DNA of 39,943 nucleotides from Basidiobolus ranarum (Eukaryota): NCBI GenBank assembly GCA_040143965.1, contig JASJQH010006915.1, positions 1 to 39,943 of the forward strand, read 5' to 3'. Shown piece by piece: positions 12,825 to 21,986 of this stretch (position 1 is its first letter; each line of letters starts with the position of its first letter). The notes under the pieces were generated by a model. It saw only the letters and a program-made list of their open reading frames with translations, ran no database searches and was not told where the DNA came from. The position numbers and the translations under genes were made by a program.

Positions 12825-14481
12825 TTAGGCTTCTAGATTGTCATTTTTCTGTTTTTTGTGAGATGAACCAGTATCATCGGCATCAATATCTTCTATATTT
12901 CTCTTCTTTGACACTACTTCAACTGGAATATTCGAAATATCTCAATACTCTGAACATCAACTTAACTTGATACATATAAAATAAAAAGACTACCTTTTTC
13001 ATTATCCTCGCTGGTTTCTTTCAATGACTCAACTGTGGCGTCTGCTGATGGCTCTTGAGAATCTTTCTGTAGCATAAAATTTTAGAACAATAATATCTTA
13101 ATATGTTTCAACACTTCAGTATACCTCATCATCAGAATCGTCCACCATCTCTTTACTTTTAGTCAACGCTTCGTGTGCAGATTTCGGCTTTCGACCACGT
13201 TTAGCAGGTTGAGTTTGTACAACGCCTGTAGTGACTTTCTTATCGCGTCTCGTATACTTACGCTTCTTAGTAGTAGGATTGTCACTTGGAATCTGACTTT
13301 GGTAAACTAATTTCTCTTCATTTGGGAGTGAGTCCCAAAGAGTAAGAAGTTCTTTTTGAATTTCGTCCAAAGATTTATCCGGGTTACTTTGGATTAACTC
13401 GCCGCGTTTTTCCCTTACAAAGAAGGAGAAAGGGGAGATCTGAAGATTACCTTCCTCCTGACATTATGGTTATTTTTGGAATTCATATGAATATATTTCA
13501 TGTGAACTTCTATCTATTTACTTGAATATCTGAAGTGTCTCGTATTTGAGGATTCTTAAGAAAATCCATGATGGAACTATGAAGATCGTTCTACAAATTG
13601 AAGAAAGTTAGTCAAAAATCGGGTCATGATTTGAAACTATGGCGTAGTATTTACGCGACACGTTCAAGTAGCCAAAGTGCTCTTCTTGTAAGTACCTTGT
13701 TGTTAGGAAATGGTAGATCCAAGACATCACAAACATCTTTGCACGTATCTACTGTCCATTTTTCTAGTTTATTCCAATATACATCCTCTTCTTCCTACAA
13801 AATTAGTTTTCAATACAAAAAATTGGTAAGAGTATTAACAGTGAGGTCGATTTTACGTGATTTGTTCCTGATAAACAAAACACTTACCAAATTTTTAAAG
13901 GCAAAACCTTTAAAAGATTCCAGATCGTCTTTAACATTTGATCTTCCCTGACGCCGTCCAAATAAGAATCTGTGAAGCATATACAGTGTATAGTCCTTGT
14001 GTTTCCGGGAACGAATCTTGGATGTAACTGAAGCAGTAAATTTACATAAGTATCGAGACATTGAGATTAATTAACAAAATGTATGTACCACGAGGAATGT
14101 CAGCCAAACGGCTACCAGTACCCTTATTTTTGAATGTGTTAGGAATGTATACTAAAAATACGTTGAAAAGAAATGGTAGATCAGATCTTTCTTCATTACA
14201 TTGTGGATGATTGTTGTTGTTGTTGTTTGAGGTTCGGGTGACTCTTGACCAGGCTCGTAACGATCAACAGTCTTTCTTTCGCGTTTTCTTCTTGGAGTGT
14301 AAGCTATTGAAACCTCGAAGTTAGGAGGGGGAGATCAGTCAAAATTATATATGCAAAATTAAATTGTACCTTCCTCTAAGGACATAAGAGGAATATCAAT
14401 TTTAGAACCTTTGACCTTTTCTTGGTCTAGGTTAGATTCAACCTTGATGGGCTCAGTTTTGATATTCACTACGGAAGACAT
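12825..14481 (-). CDS. DEK-like chromatin protein (DEK N-terminal/SAP region) fused to an HMG-box; multi-exon
   Basis: Spliced by eye: RERKTVDRY, GTGSRLADIPRV, LYMLHRFLFGRRQG...FKGF, KLEKWTVDTCKDVCDVLDL...IMDFLKNP (DEK-like), then ISPFSFFVREKRGELIQSNPDKSLDEIQKELLTLWDSLPNEEKLVY (HMG-box-like), KRGRKPK, an acidic tail and a KKR...KKQK NLS-like end. Confidence 0.75.
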
Positions 14482-14694
14482 ATTTCTAGTACGAAAGACG
14501 TTCGAGGAAAAACAGCACTTCGAAGACACCCACACAAGTATGAAATTACATCCTATTCATTTGCTTTGATCTTGATCGATCAAACATTACTGATTCATCG
14601 ACTAGCCGACCGAATTAATCAGTATGGACACAGCAATCAACCTTTTCATAGGTAGCTACTCTGATCCAGTTCCGAGCATCTCATTGAACTGATC

Positions 14695-15384
14695 CTGGCA
14701 AATAGAAAAACAAAGATGAACTTGCTTAATTTGGTGAGGAGTTCGGAAAATAATTTAAGGCACCAGATAAAGAATTTTTAGACAATGACTCACCTTCACC
14801 TGTATATCGCATTTTCTGAATCACATAACCACATAACCATAAAATAACATCAAATGAGCAAAGAACTCATTCAATCCCAAATATAAAACGCAACATACAA
14901 AGCACAAATACAAAATACAAAATCCAGTCAAACCTTAATGCTTGTAAAACATGAGATATAATCAACCTGTGGTAAATTGGTTTAACTGGAAGATTAGGCT
15001 TGATCAAATCGAGATCGAGCAATTCCAGATGGAAACCACTCACACCACGCTGAAACTCTATTCCATCACATATGGCCAAAGTATCAACAAAAGTGACCTC
15101 TCCCTACTGACCACGCCCGGATTGGTCATCGGAAATTTTTGCTCAATCACGCGGACGTTGATTGGAGGGTATGAGAGGCACAATATCTGAGACAATCACT
15201 TACTGGGGCGAACACTCATTAACTCAAAAACACTATCGCTTTCCCGATACGGAGTTGATAGGTTGCTGCACTCACCGGATAAACATCGATCAGCTGGAGC
15301 TAAGTTTGGGGATTGATGCTCTTTGCATTGATAGAAAAAAACCACCAATGCATGCGGTGGGAAGGTACTAACCTCCGAGCCCAT
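14695..15384 (-). other. Putative unannotated multi-intron transcript (5' leader of the DEK-like gene, ncRNA or micro-ORF)
   Basis: Seven near-consensus donors on the minus strand within about 580 nt: GTTAGT 15372, GTGAGT 15275, GTAAGT 15203, GTCAGT 15111, GTGAGT 15043, GTATGT 14898, GTGAGT 14793. YAG acceptors sit at intron-like spacing, e.g. CCTAAT..TTCCAG 14986, ATACAG 14800, pyrimidine tract + TTGCCAG 14695. Confidence 0.55.
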
Positions 15385-15969
15385 TGGGAGTGCCGTATTG
15401 AGTTAAAGTTGGAAATCGGGAAATTTCTTTTTTGGATCTTTTTCATTAATGGGAAGCTTAGTTCTCAATTAGATTAAGAAACATTACAATAGGCTTTTCT
15501 ATTAGATTAATAAATATTATCCAGATCACTGGAAACGCTACATACTTTTCGAAGTCCCAATGCAATAATGCCGCTTTTTGGGATGCGAAGGCTATTTGGG
15601 CCATTCCTCCGTTCCATAGAAAAATCCTGGGCAAATTGATTGGGTTGTGACAATCATCATAAATGATGTCTATAATTGGTTGGAATCTTCTGAGAGCAAT
15701 CCTATATGGCAGACGATACCCCATAATTTCCAGATTTCCCTTGTGGTCTTTCACATAAGAAGGCTAATGTATACATGTGATTCTGTGTACTATTTCTTCC
15801 TTTTTTTCACTATCTGTTGCTTTGCGTAATTTGTTCCTATTTAGTTCTACACTGCTTCTCTCTCTCTTGCAAGTTGTTAAACCGGAGCTGAGCTCATAGG
15901 GAGCAATACCTTCCACTTAGATACTGTTCCTATTGAATATTTGAGCTCACTTTCCTGAGTATTTGTATC

Positions 15970-17346
15970 ATGGAAAGGGAGCAAAGTCAATACTTTTTAA
16001 ACAGCCGTGCTGTGCCATTTTCAGCGAGTGAAGTTCCCACTCGGGAACTTTCCTGGCCTTCAAATGGTCAATCCAAACGCCAGAGAGAATTCAGTTCAGG
16101 TATCGACGATAAACTTCGTAAAACTAAGAAACCAAGCTCTGACGAAAGTAGCAATTCCGAACCCATTAAAAGGTTGAGCTCTAAAAAGGTTAACAAAACA
16201 CACGTTCCTAGTGCTTGTGCGAATTGTAAGAAGGCCCATTTGGCTTGTGATGGTATGGACATTCTTGTATCGCATGCTTGTCAACTCTTTCGCCTTTCTG
16301 ACAAAAAAATCCTTATTTTAGTATCGAGGCCTTGTAAAAGATGTCTAGCAATGGGAAAAACCGATACTTGTATTGACATCCAGCACAAAAAGCGAGGTCG
16401 ACCAAAGATAAAAGACCGCAAGTCGGACTCGTACTTGCTTGAATCAAACTATTCACAAATAATTAGCCTTACCCCTACTACCACTTTTATCAATCAAGCT
16501 GAGCCTCAAAGCACCTCAATGTTGAGTCCAGCCACCTCAATATCACAGGATAATGCTTCACGTGCTTTTAATCGTAGCATAAGTCATGTTGAAACTCCCG
16601 AACTAAATATGCCAGCACCAGTATCTAATTACCCCAGCAGTACTCATAACTCTTCGACACAAGGCCCCCCGCCATCTTCACAGTCTTCCACGAATTTGTC
16701 GAGTCATCACACCTCGCACTTCCAAAATACAGAGAATGTCGACCCAGCATCATCTCTTCATTTCAACCTTTACGACCCTTCCAAGAGTGTTGATCCAAAT
16801 GCTCAGGATGATTCGTACACTCACTCCTCTAATGACCATGATTTCATAATGATGCTGAATTTCAAAATGGATTGTGCCATGATTTCTGAGGAGTATCATG
16901 ACCTACTGGGTTACACATCCCAGGACCTTGTTCATCGCTCCTTTTACGACATTGTCCATACTACCGACATCGACCGAATTAGAAATCTTAAAGATCAGCT
17001 CATTGATCATGTGGTCCAAGTGGTTACTCAATATCAAGGTTCTTTCTTGGCAGCTCCACTAAGGGAAGGGTTCGGATGCTCTCTCACGATAGAAGACATT
17101 CAAAAACAAACTTACAGTAAGCTGAATAATCCGGCTTCTGGCTCAGAAGAATGCACTGAAGCAATTCACATAAGGCGGAGGGATGGAGGCTACGAGCTGT
17201 TTAATGTTCATATGAAGGTTGGCGGTGCTTTTGGTACCGACCTGACGAGCATAGATACATATGACAAAGCCTACCTTATTTGCAAACTTGCCAAATTTCA
17301 ACTGCCATCGCTAACAAATAATAGCTATGGTAACAACACGCTTTAG
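15970..17346 (+). CDS. Zn(II)2Cys6 transcription factor with C-terminal PAS domain (Ert1/Rds2/AcuK-AcuM-like cluster); exons 15970-16252, 16322-17346
   Basis: After removing intron 16253-16321: HVPSACANCKKAHLACD|VSRPCKRCLAMGKTDTCIDIQHKKRGRPK. PAS-like LLGYTSQDLVHRSFYDIVHTTD and HIRRRDGGY. Confidence 0.88.
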   Translation: MEREQSQYFLNSRAVPFSASEVPTRELSWPSNGQSKRQREFSSGIDDKLRKTKKPSSDESSNSEPIKRLSSKKVNKTHVPSACANCKKAHLACDGMDILVSHACQLFRLSDKKILILVSRPCKRCLAMGKTDTCIDIQHKKRGRPKIKDRKSDSYLLESNYSQIISLTPTTTFINQAEPQSTSMLSPATSISQDNASRAFNRSISHVETPELNMPAPVSNYPSSTHNSSTQGPPPSSQSSTNLSSHHTSHFQNTENVDPASSLHFNLYDPSKSVDPNAQDDSYTHSSNDHDFIMMLNFKMDCAMISEEYHDLLGYTSQDLVHRSFYDIVHTTDIDRIRNLKDQLIDHVVQVVTQYQGSFLAAPLREGFGCSLTIEDIQKQTYSKLNNPASGSEECTEAIHIRRRDGGYELFNVHMKVGGAFGTDLTSIDTYDKAYLICKLAKFQLPSLTNNSYGNNTL

Positions 17347-18052
17347 TTGATACATCGTTCAAAGAATACAAGCGTTGTATTTTTCCAATATTTGTGTATT
17401 TATTTATATTTTCATTTCTTACTTTAAGCCACCTACAAAATTGCCATACCAGAGATTATACATAATTCCAATTTTTATTGTTCTGGTCCTCTTAAACCCC
17501 TCCCCCATTGTGTCCACACCAAATAAATCTCCTACTTTTTGAACTGTGTTAGCCCAATATCACATGTATAAGCCATTCACTTGGTCTCTCATTTTATGGT
17601 AGCCTACTGGATATAGGCAAGTAAAACTCTTTACATCTCTCAAAATACGCTTTACAGCTATTTCTTGAAATACTAGAGACATGGTGACTTTACATTTCAT
17701 CCAATTAATGATGTATTTGCTTGACCCTGCTGAAGCTGTATTAAATTACTAGCATTACTGACATTACTTTGTAAGCGAATAATCATGTGCGAGTGCTGGC
17801 AAGATGAAATGCTAATGATAACTACCCGTGATATGGTTTTGACGTACTTACCCATATATGGTAATGCTCATTCGTCAGTGCCAGCATTAATGGAACACGT
17901 CATAGTATTCAGTATTTCTCGATTTAAATACTCATATAAAAGCCATCACCCGTTGGTTATTCATCATCAACAGCTAATTTTTCTTATCTACCCTTTTCCT
18001 TCTTCCTCTCTATAAACCTTTGGAATATTAATACATACAAGAACTTAACAAG

Positions 18053-18831
18053 ATGGTTTTGTATTACAGCATCGTGTTCGGTCTCCTAGTTTTCGAGGTA
18101 AGCTTTTTCCATCACTTGTCCTAGAATATGCATCTTCATACTTACGATGATCGTATTCTTCTAGATGACCCTCTTTGGAATGATGGTGGTAAGTTTGATG
18201 TCTCTTGTTGTTGACGTATAAGAATTGTCATAATAACCCTGGTTTATTCTAGTTCCCTTTCCCTAAGAAATGGAAGCGCGCCGTCTTAATAAAGATTGAC
18301 GAATCCGGAATCATTCGAAGAAATCAATACATCATCAACATAGTTGGATTCTTCGTGTTCATTCTATTTATCGATTCAGTTAATAGAATGATTCGCGCTA
18401 CAGAGGAAGTAAATACAGCTAATATGGCTGATCCTCGTACCGATACCCAATTACATGTCAAAAAATTCTACAGTCAAAGAAATATGTATCTGACCGGATT
18501 TACGTTGTTCCTTTCTCTTATTATCAACCGTACATTTGCAATCTTAATGGACCTATTCTACGCAGAAGAGGAGTTGGAGAGATTAGGACAGAGTGCCCCA
18601 GTACAGCATAAGGACGTTAAATTCTACCAAGAATCTAACGAGAAGCAAGACAAGGAGATCTCGGAGTTATTAAAAGAGTTGGATGATCTTAAAAGGAAAG
18701 ACCGTGACTTCGAACTCTTGAAAAAGCAAGCCAAGAATCAGTCTGCGGAGTATAACAGACTTGCAGATGAACATAATGATCTTGAAAAGACTCGGGAAGG
18801 ACGCACTGATGAAATCAAAAAAGATCTTTAG
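18053..18831 (+). CDS. BAP29/BAP31 (Yet) family ER membrane protein; exons 18053-18097, 18165-18188, 18253-18831
   Basis: MVLYYSIVFGLLVFE|MTLFGMMV|FPFP, LFIDSVNRM, KFYSQRNMYLTGFTLFLSL, a coiled coil and a C-terminal KKDL di-lysine ER retrieval motif. Confidence 0.92.
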
Positions 18832-19521
18832 TCATGTTCATATTTTCACTAACTCCCTTTGTGTGAATGATTGCATACTTGCAGTTCGATAATTTCTTAA
18901 ATGTCCATTTTACACATGTGTGAATACTCTCAAATAAAACCATCCTTTATCTAACTAAAGCACCTGACCAAATTAAACATGCTTCTGAAAGCAAAGTTTC
19001 TCGAGAGATCCGTACTAGTGTTCAGGGGCCAGTTGTAACTTGGTAGTACGTAAGCTAAGTCATCACATGAAAGCAGGAACTGGTGCAATTAGAAGTTGGA
19101 TTTAGCTTGGCTAGTTATGTCATCATTCACTAATATCCGACATTGACTAAACTTTTTAAATAACGGAATTGGGAAGATCCGATAATTGTACAAATTCCGC
19201 AATTAGTAAAAATCAAACGACGTGGCACCCGTTAGGGATACCTCTAGTGGTAAATCAAACGTGTCCTGCAAATCATCAAATCGAACTGTCTCGACCATTG
19301 TAAATTTATTAAAAAAAATCGAGTTCCCTCACGTTACTCTCACTTTATTTGTTTCCTTGTAGTTTGTAGTTAGTAAGAGTTATCTCTATTATACATTCGT
19401 CTATACAATCCTCAAGTTATCTGTTGAATACATTTGACCTTTCCTTCCTCCTACTCTCCAACAACAACCGTTCACCCTCACTTTGATTTACTCCTCGACA
19501 TTTCAACACTTCGTAAACACC

Positions 19522-20246
19522 ATGTCTGTGATTACTCACCAAAAATCTCCAGACAACGCCACGTATACCGATACTTCTTGTCAGACTAATCTCAATTCGT
19601 CTTGGGTTAATTACAAGGGTATGCACATATATTTGATAGACTGAACCAACAAATCATACAAATAATTCAACTCTCTAAAATATTCATAGGAGTATGGGTA
19701 TTTAATTTCATACTTATTTTCTTCTTGAAAGTATTCTTCGTAATAATTCCCGGAATTTCGGTGGAAACCAGTTGGACTTTAACAAACTTGACCTATAATA
19801 TTGTAAAGGATAATTTTCTACTTTATATTCTTCTGAATTTTGACTTAAACCTTTCACTTAAACTTTTAGATAAGTTACGCCGTATTTCACTGGATTATTG
19901 GTGTTCCTTTTGAGTTTAACCAAGGTGCATGTGACGAACTTACCTTATGGGAACAAATGGATAACGGTACACAGTTCTCACCTTCGAAGAAATATTTCAC
20001 CGCTGCACCCATTATTCTGTAAGTTATCAGAAATCATATACTCCCTCTCTACTCGTTTAATCCTAGTATATGCACTAAAAAAGAATCTTTATTTAACTTA
20101 GCTTTCTCTTGGGTATCCATTATACACATTACGATGGTATCATGTTTATCGTTAACTTGACTGCTTTAACGATTAATCTGATAGGAAAGTTACCAGCCAT
20201 GCACCGAGTTCGTTTATTCGGTATCAATACTGTTCACACTGATTAG
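19522..20246 (+). CDS. ORM1: ORM1/ORMDL sphingolipid synthesis regulator; exons 19522-19618, 19690-19802, 19870-20018, 20102-20246
   Basis: NLNSSWVNYKG|VW, SWTLTNLTYN, FHWIIGVPFEFNQG, LTLWEQMDNGTQFSPSKKY, HYTHYD, KLPAMHRVRLFGIN. Confidence 0.93.
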
Positions 20247-20559
20247 ATAGATAAACATCCAATTGCACATTCATATCCATATCTCAGCTCCAACTTCTAC
20301 TCCTACTCCTACCCAAACCCAGAATCTTGGGTGGTTTTATTTATTTATTAGTCGATGTTTAACATCTTATCTAGTGAAAAAGAAACTACTGCCCTTCTTT
20401 GTACTCTTGTTTCTTATAATAATAAAATATTCATGTGGTTTTCAATGTAAACTCACACATCCACAAGTCACCATTCTAGTTCGTCCACTAAAATCATGGT
20501 CACATGAATATTTTTCAATGATATATTCACCTATGATTTCTTTAGAACTTTAGACTAAC

Positions 20560-21870
20560 ATGAAAGGGAATTTTCTGAGGATTTGGGTGGTTGGATTATT
20601 GATCATTCCATTGATATCTTCTCAGTCACTCTCCAAACAATCCATATTTCCAGAGACTTTTAAGCAGCTGAAAACGGAGAGAAAGGGGAAGGGAAAGGAA
20701 GATTATAGATGTAATACACTGTTAGATTGGTTGAAAAAAGAACCCAGGTTCTCTAAGGTTTCAAACTTTATCAATACTGATAAAAGTTTGTTAAAGTACC
20801 TTAACGATACTAAAAAACAGGTTAAAAATAATCCACCTCTTGGTTACTTTATAAAGTTGTCTAACTTCTGTTTCATAGACCACTTTTTTTGCTCCAACAA
20901 ATAGCGCAATCTCCAAATTTTTCAACGAAAATGAAGAGAGTCCCGACGAAGAGAGAAGAGCTCCTAAACTTCGAAAGGCTCTACTAAAGGTAGAGATGTC
21001 TTATCAATAAGTTAATCGATCTCTTTAGTTATTTACTAAAATGAATTGATCTACCTTATAATATAGATACTAAAATACCATATAGTCCCTGGAAGCTTCA
21101 GTACTCAAACTTTAAAGGATACTAGAGTTTTAAAGACAATGGCTAAAGAACATGACCTACATGGGGAATATCAACGAATAAGATTCTCTTATGATAATCA
21201 AATTCTGAAGATAAATGAGGTGGTGAAAGTGAAAGAAGTTGACTTACGTACCTCAAATGGAATAATCCATGTAGTTCAAGACCTATTAACCGAACCTTTG
21301 AGTATAGCTGATACTCTAATAGAACATCCTAACAAATTCACTGCTTTGAATCTGGCTTTACAAAACACTGGCTTGAACCACTTATTAAAGCGAAATCGTG
21401 GACTCACTTTCCTGGCACCAAGTAATATAGCATTTCGTAGTTTGGGTTGTAAGAATTTAAAGTATCTATTCTCTCCTCATGGCGAAAAAGATTTGGAAAA
21501 AATCATAAACCATCATATATCTTACAAGTTGGCTTACAGTAATGACTTTAAGCACTTCCAATATCACTCACTACGAGAAGGAAATATCCCTGAGCACAGA
21601 GAACTTGAACGCGAACACAAGCACAAGCACAAACACACCTTCCGTAAAAGTCTCCCTACATTGTTCGGTGACAAGCTTCGGTTTGAAGTGACACACGCCC
21701 ATTCAAAAAGTGCTACTTTGTGGGTGAATCGTAGATCTCGTGTTCTGTACACAGACCTAATATCTCGTAACGGAGTCACTCATGTAATAGACCGCATCCT
21801 CATCCCTCACGGTCTAAATATCTCCAATGATGGATGGTGGGATGACTCAGAATATTGTATGAATGAATAG
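20560..21870 (+). CDS. Secreted fasciclin protein with two FAS1 domains; exons 20560-20820, 20879-20989, 21067-21870
   Basis: N-terminal hydrophobic signal peptide. Domain 1: TFFAPTNSAI, ILKYHIVPG, SNGIIHVVQDLL. Domain 2: LTFLAPSNIAF, RNGVTHVIDRILIP. Confidence 0.9.
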
Positions 21871-21986
21871 AATCCGAAATAAAATTCATGGTTTACTGGT
21901 TTGTGACAATCAAGAGTGAGAAAAGTACAAAGAGAGGGGTGGGGTTGAAATTACATTATGAAGTTACGTGAATGATTACAAATAGT

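Noticed and set aside
15195-15285. U1 snRNA-like words on the + strand (ACTTAC, TGCACTC..CGGAT)
   Set aside because: These are reverse complements of minus-strand splice donors; no U1-70K loop or Sm site.
17705-17765. Box C/D snoRNA-like pattern (ATGATGT...CTGA...CTGA)
   Set aside because: Imperfect C box, short span, no proper terminal stem and no rRNA complement I can recognise.
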